This document shows positions 1-12,416 of a stretch of DNA of 64,000 nt, piece by piece. A model generated the notes under the pieces. The model searched no databases, was not told the origin of the DNA, and saw nothing but the letters and a program-made list of their open reading frames with translations. Made by a program: the position numbers and the translations under genes. Source of the DNA: Octopus sinensis (Eukaryota); the NCBI RefSeq assembly GCF_006345805.1, contig NC_043002.1, positions 82,026,001 to 82,090,000 of the forward strand. Reading direction: 5' to 3'. The stretch's first letter is position 1. Each line of letters begins with the position of its first letter.

Positions 1-309
1 TTTGCAAGTGATTTTTCCCATATTTTGATCTAAATTAACTACTTGTTCTCTTTAACTTGATTGTTACGTTTTCTGCTATTGAGCTTGCTTGCTTGGTTTT
101 ATTTTCTTCTCTTTGTTTTTGTTTTTTTTTTTTCCTTTTTTTTTTTTGTGGTTTCCACATGTCTGTGTCTTTATATAATGCCTGTCATATTTAGGAAAAG
201 AAAAACTGGCCTTGCTGCAACAAAGCATTGTTGGTTTTGTTTTTATGCCTGGATAAGCAGGATTATATAGATTTGGTGTACTCTTCTCCAAATTCATTTA
301 TATATTTTT

Positions 310-357
<48 letters not shown>

Positions 358-1617
358 GAAGGGTGGTTAACTGCAAAGAATAACAATATGTCTGTAGGTA
401 GGATAGGCTAAGGATGTGGAGTGGGTTGGACTTATGTAAAATGTCACACACAGCCCTAACAAAACCAATTGTAGGCATCTCTTTCAGCCTGGTCATACTA
501 GTCTTGACACTTTTACTGCTTTTTAACAACAGATGTATTATTATTATCATTATTATTATTATTATTATTATTATTACAATTACAAAAAGAGAAAAAACTG
601 GCAGAATACCAGAGCACTAACCTCAATACTCACTTGGTTTGACTTCGTTAATAAGCTTCTGTGGGTTCAATCAAGCGAAGTCGGTTCAATCCAGCTCGAC
701 AGTTTATGTTTGGCTTTTGACCATTTGACGCTTGTGCTTGTCTTGTAAAGAACTGATATAGTAGTATTGTTGAAAAGAATGAACTGAATTGTGGAGGGCA
801 GTTTCTATACTTAGCGTCTTAAATAAAAAGAGAGCAAAAAAAAAAAAAGAAAAGAATATAAGAAAAATAGAGCAGCTTACTTTAGAGTGGGTAGGTTGTA
901 CCATTCATGATCATAAGGTTGTGGATTCAATTTGTGGGCTGGATGACATGTCGTGCTCTTGAGCTAAGCACACCATTTCACATTGCTCTAACCTTACTCA
1001 GTTGTAATGGGTACTGGCTGGGTGTTTGGTGCAGCCCTCGTTTTACTTCCATTTGTCTCATCCTGGTTCTGCCACCGAGTGAAGGGTGAGTGGTCTGAGA
1101 AGGTGTCTGTGATGTTCGATGTACACCTAAAACTATTAATGAAAGCATTAATGAAGCCAATACTAATCGTGCCATACTTTTGAGTGGATGGCTGGTTAGA
1201 GAACTGTTATATAGGTATTGCCAAAGCTTGGGTGAGTTGTAGAGCACTGTTATGTTGATGTTGGAGGAAAAAAAAAAAGGTGGGGAGGGGAAGTTGGCTG
1301 GGGGATAGTTCTGCAATGATGACTGTAATGGTCATTCTTGCCCCTGCCCATAAATAAACTGTGGAATCAGCAGAGTAGAAACTGGTATCTTGCACTGAGT
1401 TAATATTAAATGCAATTTGCTATGCATTTTTTGATAATAATTATTGTTGTTAAATAATTATCGACAGAACCTATTGTTGATAATCATTCCATTCTTATGG
1501 ATAGGAAATAAATTGAAAGCTTGGATTAACCATAAGCATTCCTCATCTTTTAGAAACAGTATTGCATGCAATTATTTTCGCCAGTTGTTGGAAAATTAAC
1601 AGCTCAATAACTCTGTG

Positions 1618-1664
<47 letters not shown>

Positions 1665-3256
1665 ATATATAAGAAATTAAATGATAAGGGAATAAGAAAG
1701 TATGTAAGAGCTTACATCTGTTTCTGCTATGAGATTCAATGCTTTCATAGTTGAATAGTTGTGTATCACCTTATAAGCTTTGCTGAAGCTTCAAAAATGA
1801 AGTGTGTGCATGCATGCCTGCATCTATGCACCTGTGTATGCGTGAGAGAGATAATATATATAAATATAAAAATAGGCAAATCAGGGGGCTGGCAAATAAG
1901 AAAGGTATCTAGTAATAAGTAAGCCACAGCCTCATTTCGTATAGCTTATACATCCCATGCCAATGTGGTAGAAGTGATATAGAGCAATGGTGTTTATATG
2001 CTATATCAAAGTTATATAATCACAATCATCATTTCATTTATGTTCTGTTCTTGAATGGCAATACTCTACTTGACTTAATATTCATCTATTACTCGTTGTT
2101 GTTGGTGGTGGTCGTGGTGGTGGGATGTTATAGGAACACAGTTTAACATGGAGCCAAACCACTGGTTGTGAATTGACAATAATAAATATATCTACTTAGA
2201 TGTTGTTGAGACAGTGTTTGATCTGTATCGTATAGGAAGTATTTAACTCTATTTTCATGTCTCTCTTTATATCACTTTAGTCTATTTAACAATACTAGTG
2301 TTACTACTAAGTACATATATCATAGTGCTATCAACTTACTGCTTAGGATTTCCCTATATAATTTATAGACAGTGCGCTGTAATTCTCCTGGTAATGGAAA
2401 ATATTGTCTTAATAGTAGTATCAGCTAATCACTAACTCAAATTGCAGCCAAAGTCTATTGCGATCGATACATTTGGTAAAAGCACATATACAGGATTTCT
2501 TCCATTGATCTTTGTTGATCTTCTTATAGCTTAAAGTGGTAACAAGATTGCTGGACTGTCTTCTTTGGATTGATTTATTGTGCTAATGACTTATGAATTT
2601 TTCTTATGCATTCCTGTTAAATTGAGCAAAAGAAATCCCTGTGCTTTCAGTTTCAAAAACATTGCAAGTTAGCTACCATTTCATAGCTATTAGGATCTGC
2701 TTAAATATAACAACAGCCTCTTTGAAATCTGCTTTGTGCATCAAAGAAAGAGCTTCATTTCATACAAGTTTCAGCTTCCACCCCCACACGCACAATCATT
2801 TAATCAAAAAGGAAAATAGAAGGAAAAAAATAAAGCTCTGCTTAATTAAGTTTATTAGAAAGGAAAAACTAGTTCTTTTTACCCACTTTAACTGAACTTT
2901 TTGTATAAATATGTGTGGATATGTATGAGTATATGTATAAATATATATATATATGTGTGGTGTGTGTGTGTATATATATATATATATACAAAATTTAAAA
3001 AATGGAGAAAAAGACAAGAAAAATGCAACAGTACCAGGACGTGGTGCATGCAAAGTATTAATAAGACACTCAGAGAAGGAAAGAAAAAAGTGATTGTTTT
3101 ACATTTTGAGCAAAGCTCTTCTTCAGAAACAGGAGACATAAAAAAGTCCAAAAGAAAAAGGAGGAGGAGGAATGTATATAAGGATAAGAGGGGTTTAGTT
3201 TACTGGTGATCTAAATGAATTTTCCCTGTCTAGAACTTTCATTACATACTCACTTT

Positions 3257-3332
3257 GTCTCTGATGATAGAATACCCAGTGTACAGACATACTAACCTAT
3301 CACTTGAGATATCTCAGAAACAGCTGTAAGAC
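3257..3332 (+). ncRNA. Minimal type I hammerhead ribozyme motif (Penelope-like/retrozyme type), stem II degenerate
   Basis: gtct-CTGATGA (3261-67) ... GAAAC (3317-21)-AGCT-GTA-agac. Stem I is gtct/agac, stem III carries a palindromic tetraloop, and the cleavage triplet is GUA. Confidence 0.7.
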
Positions 3333-3544
3333 TTCAAATTAACCTTACCTTAATTAAAGTATTATAAATGACTTGAGATACTCGTCCTGTTTTGGTTTTG
3401 ATGTCCTTTTCTTCTAATGTATATATGTGTGTGTGTATGTATGTGTATGTGTATATATATATATATATATGTGTGTGTGTATGTGTGTGTTGATTCACTA
3501 GGAGTGATAAATTATAGGATTCAATACAAAAGTAAAGTATTCTT

Positions 3545-3603
3545 TAATACATTATAACTGGAGGCTCCGAGTATTGGAAGAGCCTTTCAGTTATAATGTA
3601 TTA
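3545..3603. repeat. 59-nt near-perfect hairpin
   Basis: taatacattataactg/cagttataatgtatta forms 16 perfect pairs, continued by gaggctc/gagccttt. Confidence 0.9.
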
Positions 3604-3612
3604 TGTATGTAT

Positions 3613-3647
<35 letters not shown>

Positions 3648-4736
3648 CAATTCTCTCTGTCATAGAGTGTAGGCTCAAAGCATCAACGACTTTTCCATTC
3701 TTCCTAAGTGTCAAACTAATACACCTGCTTGTTCTTCATTCACCTATCTTCGTCTTTTGATTCCTATAAATTTGAACTATGTATATTTTACATATAGTTA
3801 TTTGTCTTTTTAATCAGCCTGTCTTCTCTATCTCAGAAATCTTCTCCAGTACTGTAGGTCTTCTTCAGTTCTGATTTACTCAAGAACTCATTCCTACCTT
3901 GAAATCTAGTCTCTTCTTTTAAGTATTTCAGTATAGGCCATCCCAATCCCAACAAACCATTTAAACACAGTTTTACTCAAAAACTAGTAATGGGGGCAGA
4001 GTGAGCACCAAAGGTTATACCATAAAATTCATGAGTATGAATATGTTCTTATACTGTCAGACAAAATGGAATCTGACATTTGGAGAACAACTCTTTAAGA
4101 GAGAAATTTTGTTTTTCAGTTTATACTTCCCTACATTTCAAATGACAGTACCGCTTCTTTTTTTTCTTTTTTTGTCTTTCTCTCTTTCCTCAACTCTCAG
4201 GTCCCCCAAAAATGTTAATTTCTATACTTCTCATGACAATGAACTTACCAAACTCCTGTATTTGAGCACATAATATTTATTTAAGCATATAGTCGAATTC
4301 TTGAACATGCTAAATTCACTTCTTTCTTTTTTTTTTTTTTTTTTTTTTTGTGTTAATGTTTAAAGGTTCTGAAAATTTAAACAATTTATGATTTTGTTTG
4401 TTGTTGTTAGAGTTATATTATGAAAGTGCTGTCATATACTGTCATTAACTATGAAGTGTGTGTGTGTGTGTTCTTGCTCCTTAAGCTGAAGAATGTAGAA
4501 TATAGTGACAAATTGGTTAAGTCATTTGAACATCAGATATAATATGTATATATACACACACACATACATACCTATATAATGATTTGTAATTGAAAGATCC
4601 AGGGATCTAGGTGTAAGTATTAAGTAAGTTTCGAACAGTCCGTAGTAGGTATAAAAAATAACTTTAAAGAACAATAATAGTTTATTGGTATGGAAGGTTG
4701 TAGATTTTTCTCATGTCCAACTGTTATTTTACTAAG

Positions 4737-4840
4737 GTATCTTCAGCCTGATGAATATCTAGTGGAAGATCCCACTTTGAGTAATTTATTACTTTCCGAG
4801 GTTCTGCTAGCTAGGAAACATATGTAGCCTGGATTTTACC
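4737..4840 (+). ncRNA. Minimal type I hammerhead ribozyme motif with long stem II
   Basis: cttcagc-CTGATGA (4748-54) ... ctagtggaa/ttctgctag stem ... GAAAC (4815-19)-ATAT-GTA-gcctgg. Stem I is imperfect and extended by ggta/tacc. Confidence 0.6.
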
Positions 4841-7411
4841 TGCTCTATTCCCTTAATTTAGATTTTTACATTTATCATCATCATCATCATTGTCGTCTAC
4901 TTTCCATACTGGCATGGGTTGGACAGTTTGACATGGGACTGGCCAGCTAGGAGCTGGCAGACTCCATATATATATAAAGACAAAGTAAGAAAACAAACAG
5001 AATGTATTAGGTTAATGTTCAGAAGATCCTCAAACATTTTGGGCATATGCTCTTCTTTGGAAAGAGTAGATGAGGAGAGAACAAAAATAGAGAGAAAAGA
5101 ACAAATGTGTTTCAGTTAGATGATCACTATATATATGAGTTTCTTTCATATTCTGTTTACCAAATCCTCTCATAAGGCTTTGGTTGGCCCAGGGCTATAT
5201 AATAGAAGATAGTTACTTAAGATGCCATGCAATAAGATTGAATCCAGAACCCTGTGGTTGGAGAGCAAACTCCTTACTACACATCCATACTACATAATAT
5301 ATTGTTTCTCTTCAAGAATATCCAACTAACCTTTTAAACTTTTTACTGTAATCTTTCAACCCCCCCTCCCCCCATTTAATATGGCTCTATGTTATATCAA
5401 CTTGTAAAGAATTATGTATCCACATTAATTTTTATAGTAATTTAAATCATATTGCTTTAATGCCCTCTTTAAAAATACTATTTATATAATGTAAATAAAA
5501 TTTATGAAATATGTACATAAATTTTACTTTATTTTTATCAGAAATATTTTAAAAAGATTATTTTTATAAAATTTTTCTACACATTTTCCCAGTGAAACTT
5601 GATTCTTCATTTTTCTGTCAAATTCTCTAATTTCAATTAAATTTTTCATGTGATGTAAATTCCTACCTCTAGATCATGTCTTCTAATTTTTATTAACCAT
5701 AATTTTTTTTTTTTAATCTATTTACATATTTTACCAAATAAATGAAGTATTTATAAAAAATAAAACCCCAGAAGTTTGAAAGATTCATTTTACCAAAATA
5801 TTACTTATGCCTATTTTTGAATCGTGTATCAGCATTGGCTAAAATTAACTAGCATTATCATTGACAGTTACATGAATTTTGTTATGAAAATGTATAAATC
5901 CATAATTTGGTGCGAGGAGACATAATATTTGAACAAATAAAATGTTTGTTGCTATTATTCCCCACTTCTCCCATTCCTTTAGTACATCTCTTGATAATGT
6001 TATGTTCTTAGTTTGTTTCTTTGTTATTGCCAGTTCTTTTCTAGCCCCCCCCATTACCAGTCTATTTTACATACTTCCAACATTTGAACTTACTGTTTTA
6101 TAAATGAAAACGGCAAGATGTGATTATTGGTTGATCGTTAAGGGAAGCTCACATCTAGCAGCAGAGCTCTTGTGTTTACACAAAAACACTTTTGGAGAAG
6201 CTGCCTTACGATTTTAAATTGGGGTTTATTAGAGCAGGTGTCTTTACAACTGAATGCTTTTTCTCCTGCCAACAATTTTTAATGAGAAGTTTACTGCATG
6301 GCATACTGCATTTTTCTGTTTAACATTCTGAATTCTCAGTATTTTTTATTATTTCATTTTATTTTATTTTTTCTTAATTTGCATATGATTTTTACTTGTT
6401 TATAGCCGATCTCTAGTTCAAAATAAGGTGGGGGTTATAAGCATGTGATAAAGGATGGTAGAAAGTAATGTAGATAAAAATAAATGTCTGTATTGACACT
6501 CTCTTACTCTTTCTCTCTCTCTCTCTCTTTCGTTCTCTCTCCCTTTCTCTCTTTCTCTATCATTTAAGAGAAGCATATTGCTTTATTTAAGAGAATAGGA
6601 TATCAAATAGGCAATGCTCAAGAATTGGGCAATGTGGATAGAGTGTGTCTAGCAAGCAGAAAGAGCTTTTTACTAACAACCTGGGGAATCGGTTTGATGA
6701 TTTGAACATGGTGTTAGTTTTTGTTGTATATATTGTTACACTTCAGAAATACATGAAAGCAAATAAGCTATCCAGCTCTTCCCTGTTAATCATTCAAAAC
6801 TAGAAAAGGTTGGTTGATATGTGCCTTTGTTATCTTATTATAGGAGGCATTCAAGGAACTTTTCTGATAAAGCTTTTGTTCTCAGACCTAGCAACTTGAT
6901 TTATGACATGCATTGAAGTATTCAACTTGGTTGGCTGATGGCGGCCATCTACCCAGAAAAACAAGATGATGCTGTGTGTGGGTTTGCAAATGAAATACGT
7001 CTTTATAAAATGGTGTGCAATTCCTAAAGCTTCAAAATAAACATCTGATATGCCATCTTGTAACCTGAGTAATTATCAGACAATTCTCTTTACAATGACT
7101 ACTCAAGCCCACAGTGGTGGTGGTGGTGGTGGTGGTGGTGCTGCTGCTGGTGCTGGTGGTCAGACTCTCTGGTCGCTTGGTGGCCAAATTTCCCTCCAAT
7201 CATGTGATGTTGTCTGAGAAAATGAAAACCAATATTGGATAAAGTATTCCCAAAAAGATAGGATATGATGGTCATGTCTGGATTTTGAAACTCATCCATA
7301 ATCAATAAATTAGATTGAGATGTTACCTTCCACATTATGGTCAAAACTAAAACTCAGTATGTGCTGTTACATAGTCTGGTGGAGAAGTTTGTGTGTGTGT
7401 GTATGTGTAGA

Positions 7412-7950
7412 TGTATGGTTACCAAGGGTAACTGGCATCAAATTTTTTTTTTAAAACCAGATCTATATAATTGAAATAGGGTACCTATCACATGTTATAC
7501 ACCCTCTATTCCAAATGTGTCTCATAAAAATGGAATATTTCATATTTAGATTATATATATAGTTAGTAGTTAATAAATTCTATGGTTTACACCTAGGTCG
7601 AAACAATTGTAGTGATCAATAAAGATTCTTGTGTGTTCCAGCTTTCATCTTTCTCATTGTATGTGTATGTATATATTATTTATTGCATTCATAGCTCAGA
7701 AGCTACATCAGTAACATAGGCACCCTGTGTCTAATGCAAAAGTCTAATCTAACTCTTTACTGTTTGCGCCCACATGTGTGTGTATAAATATGTATGTATA
7801 TGCATATGTATGGTTATCAGAAGTAACTGACTTCAAGTTGTTGTTTTTTTAAAGCCAGATCTATATAATTGAAATAGGGTACCTATCACATGTTATACAC
7901 CCTCTATTCCAAATGTGTCTCATAAAAATGGAATATTTCGTATTTAAATT
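7412..7950 (+). repeat. Direct repeat of ~140 bp (7412-7552 and 7807-7950)
   Basis: The core ccagatctatataattgaaatagggtacc...aatggaatatttc is identical in both copies; the 5' parts have diverged. Confidence 0.9.
7596..7625 (+). ncRNA. 5'-truncated hammerhead motif (3' half only)
   Basis: ggtc-GAAAC-AATT-GTA-gtgatc followed by aataaa. No CTGANGA box found upstream. Confidence 0.4.
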
Positions 7951-7984
7951 TTGTTTGTTATTTGTTTTCATTTGTATTCTTTTG

Positions 7985-8346
7985 CTCTTTTACTTGTTTT
8001 AGTCGTTCGACTGCAGCCATGCTGGGGCACCACCTTTAGTCAAGCAAATTGACCTCAGGACTTATTCTTTGTAAGCCTAGTACTTATTCTACCGGTCTCT
8101 TTTGCCAAACTGCTATGTCACAGCGATGTAAACAAACCAGCATCAGTTGTCACATGATGGTGTGAGTGGGGAGCAAGCACAAACACACACATGATGGGCT
8201 TCTTTCAGTTTCCATCTACCAAACCCACTCACAAGGTTTTGGTCGGCCCAAGGCTATAGTAAAAGACACTTGCCCAAGGTACCACGCAGTGGGATTGAAC
8301 CCGGAACTATGTGGTTGGTAAGCAAGCTACTTACCACACAGCCACT
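7985..8346 (-). mobile_element. tRNA-derived SINE family A (CORE-like, octopus OR-type)
   Basis: Reverse complement of the element with an A/B-box head, accttgggcaagtgtctt core and gactgaaacaagtaaaagag tail. Confidence 0.85.
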
Positions 8347-8592
8347 GTGCTAATGTAACCATCATCATTGTCAAGACCGTCTTAATGTCCAGTCTTCCGT
8401 GTTTGCATGGGTTGGATGGATTATATAGTGGTCTTCTTTCAATTTTTGTGTACTAGTTCTATTCATAAGGCTTTGTTTGACCATTCTGGGGCAATAGTAG
8501 AAGATACTGGACTGAGGTGCTGCACGGAGGCGTTTAACCTGAAGCCATAAGTTATGGCAGCAAACCTCTTGATGAAACAATTGCACCTAAAA

Positions 8593-8917
8593 ACATGGTT
8601 CCAGGTTCAGTCCCACTGCATGGCACTTTGGGCAAGTGTCTTCCACTATAGCCTTGGGTCAGTCAGAGCCTTGTGAGTTGATTTAGTAGAGAGAAACTGA
8701 AAAGAAACCTACTGTATATATATTTGTGTGTGTGTGTGTCACAACCACCACCTGACAACCAGTGTTGGTGTGTTTACATCCATGTAGCTTAGTGTTTCAA
8801 CGAAAGAGACTGATATAAAAAAAGGGGCACTGGGTTGATTTGTTCGACTAAAGTTTTTGAAGGTGGTTCCCTAGAATGGCTGCAGTCTAGTGATTGAAGC
8901 AAGTAAAAGATAAAAGA
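8593..8917 (+). mobile_element. SINE family A, older copy
   Basis: B box ggttcagtccc, ttgggcaagtgtcttc core, internal (TG)n, aagtaaaagataaaaga tail. Confidence 0.8.
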
Positions 8918-8997
8918 TATGTGCACATGCTCACACATACTTATGCATACATACACATGTATGTGTATGTATGTTGTATCTATCTATCTACATATAG

Positions 8998-9366
8998 GAG
9001 TGCTAACCAACCACATGGTTGCGGGTTCAGTCCCACTGCGTGACATCTTGGGCAAGTGTCTTCTGCTATAGCCCCAGGCTGACCAATGCCTTGTGAATGG
9101 ATTTGGTAGACGGAAACTGAAAGAAGCCTGTCGTATATATGTATATATATATATATATGTGTGTGTCTGTGTTTGCCCCCCTAGCATTGCTTGACAAGCG
9201 ATGCTGGTGTGTTTATGTCCCCGTCACTTAGCGGTTCGGCAAAAGAGACTGATAGAATAAGTACTGGGCTTACAAAGAATAAGTTCCAGGGTCGATTTGC
9301 TCAACTAAAGGCGGTGCTCCAGCATGGCCGCAGTCAAATGACTGAAACGAGTAAAAGAGTAAAAGA
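8998..9366 (+). mobile_element. SINE family A, young copy
   Basis: Near-identical to the copies at 32333 and 45416; internal (TA)n(TG)n. Confidence 0.9.
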
Positions 9367-12300
9367 ATATACACACACACACACACACACACAGTCACAC
9401 ATATATGAGACAAAGTGATGATTAAGATATTTGGCTAATTTTGTTATCTTTGTTAACAAGTTCTTTGCTGTGGGAGAAAAAAAGTTACTGTTCCTTTCAG
9501 ATGGTTAAGAAGTTGGCATTAAAAATAAAATTAAATTAAAATAAAACTCTAAATGTGTTGCAACATCTAGCCTACACTAACATGTAGTAAATTTGTTGTC
9601 AAAAAAAAAAAAAAAAAAAGAAAGAAAAGGAAGAAAAATCTAATAAAAATAAAATGTCCAATATACTCTAGACCTTCATAGATGCATCATTGGTGGCTGA
9701 TAATCTCATTCTAGAAGAACTCGAATTTTTCACTCATTGATTATTTAAATTAGTTTGGTCTCTTTTGTTAATAACAACAAAACTCCATCTATTTATGTAT
9801 GCTCAGTCATCTGGTTTTATTGCCTGTCGAGAATAAAACACCACGACCCTCTCACAGCAAGCTGGAGGTCATTCTATCAATCGCCATTATTTTTCAACAG
9901 TGTAATTACAATTTCTTGTATAGATATGAAGCCTCATAATTATAGGAAATTGTGCGAGAGGTGGTAGTGGGGGGAGGGGGACAGGGGAGGAATGGAAATT
10001 TCTAATGTTCATGTTTTCTGAAAAGACATACAGTTGCGAGTTGAAAACAAACCTGGGTCATAGACTTAAGTTTGATGGGGCTTCGCACAATGCAGAGTAA
10101 TTATAATGCCACACATTAGAAATGGTTATTTTTCATGAATGAAACACTCTCTATCTGTCTGTCTCTCTCTCTCTCACACACACATTCTCTCCCCCCACCT
10201 CTTTCTCCAATCTTTACCCCCAAACCTATTTTCGCATATGGGGCTTGGTTCTCCAGTTTGAATGTATTTTTGTCATGGCCATTTCTGAGTCTATCTGCCA
10301 TTTTGTGTGTATACATATACATACATGTATGTATGTATGTATGTATGTATGTATGTATGTATGTATGTATGCACTCTTCCATGAACGCGTGCACACACAC
10401 ACATATGCATACTTTATGCACATGTGTCAAACAAAGAGTAAGCCTCCTCTCTCCTTGGTTCAGTGAATTAAAAGAATTATCTTAGCTCTATCATTTTATT
10501 TATAAGGAGAAAAAAAAGTAGTTTTCTCTCTTTCTCTGTTTTAGGTTTTGCTTATTCAAGGCTTACGTCACCACACTCATGTTTTCTTTTTTTTTTCTTC
10601 TGTATATGCAAGGTTTAGATCACTCTGCTTGTGGTGTTTAATTGCAAGAATTTATGGCATATTTGATGTCTTACAAGAACAGTGAATGGAATTTTCTTTT
10701 TTCTTTATACCCAGCCCTGGAGACATTTGAGAAAATTTTTATCAATATATCTTCCCAGTGTGATTATTTCCGCTATAATACATTTTCCATGATCTGGATT
10801 AATTACTGTAAAACTAAACGTGAAACTTCGAAATGTTACTTTTAGAGATGTTATTAAACTTTGTTTTGAATTTAATCAAACTTTTATAAAATAATATAGT
10901 AAGCTTATAGAATTTAGCTAAAGTTTAATATCTTCCAGATGTCTTCTATATGTGGTCAGTTAATTTCACTTTTTCTGTACACTTTCAATTTATGAATACA
11001 ATCAGTGTATTCATTAAATTTGAATTTAATAAATCCACTAAATGTCTTTAAATCTCATTTTAATTTGTTCTGCTTTGGTGTTCATTATTTAGAGGGTGGA
11101 GAAGCTTCGTTGAACAATATCGAAGTGACTGTAAGGAAGCAATGAATATGGTGCATGACCAATAATAAATGCTGTGTAGCAGGCATTGAATTTTTCTATT
11201 AGTTATTGTAGTAGCTATTCCAGCATTATTATTATATCAGCTATGAGAATGAGGAGGAAGAAAGAGGAGAACGAATCAGAGTCGACTCATTTTAACTTAC
11301 TGTGATATTTCAATAAAATTTTAGCTTTGAATTCAACACACGAAAAATAAGATTGTAATTGCTGAAACATTAATGTCAACTTAGAAAGGCCAAAGAATAC
11401 AACTCATTTTTTTTTTGCATTATTGTTATTTTGTTTGGAGTTCTTTTTTTTATGATAAATTCAAAATCTAATTGTATAAATATTGTTAAGCTTATCTTTG
11501 CATAACTATAATAAATGCACGAAGTTTATTAGGGAAAAATATCAGGTGGATTTGCTTCTTTTCAGACACTTTTATTCTAGTTGATTGGAAATGGCCATTA
11601 TATTTCTTTGGCAGCACAGTGCTGATTACTGTAATTATGGAATTAGTGCAGCTTTATTGGCCACAGACTTGCATATTTTAGTGCAGCCATAACACCTATA
11701 ATTCAAAATACAGAGATTTTCTGTCACTTTCTCTTTCTCTGTTTCTTCATCTCATCAATGTCTGACAAGCAATTAATTTGTGCTGAGTGTAATATTGTGG
11801 TTGACTGTCTTCTAACCTACAGTAGAAGTTTGCTGGTCTCTGAACCGTTTAGAATCTGTACTGCATCCATTCCTTTTCCTCGTTGATCTGTAGAATCAAT
11901 CAATCACTGCTTGAAGCCTTTGCCAAAGGCAGGAGGCACAAACTGCAACAGCAGCAGCAGCAGCAGTAGAAGCAGCATACGTGAGATATAGTCTGACCTC
12001 CCACCACCACGTTCTCCCTCTTCTTAACAACTGGATGATTTTTATCTTGAAAACATTTTTGCCTATTGTCTTTGAGTTGAAGAGGAGAAGGGGGGTTTCT
12101 ATCTTTTAATGGTTCTGTTTGTGTGAAAGATAACAGAAACAGCTCAGTGGTGGTCGTGTGGGTGGGGGGACTATTATTGATGCTGACCTATGCAAATGTG
12201 ATTTGCTTTATCACTGTTGATGGTCCTTCACTTGCTTTGCCAGACAGTGGCTGGGTGGTGTCACTTAACCCCTTTTCTATTGTTCCTTTATGAGAAAGAC

Positions 12301-12368
12301 TGTGTAAGACTTTATGTAGTTTCTGCAACTGAACCAATGCCAAGAACAATAACTGGATTTTATTATCA

Positions 12369-12416
<48 letters not shown>

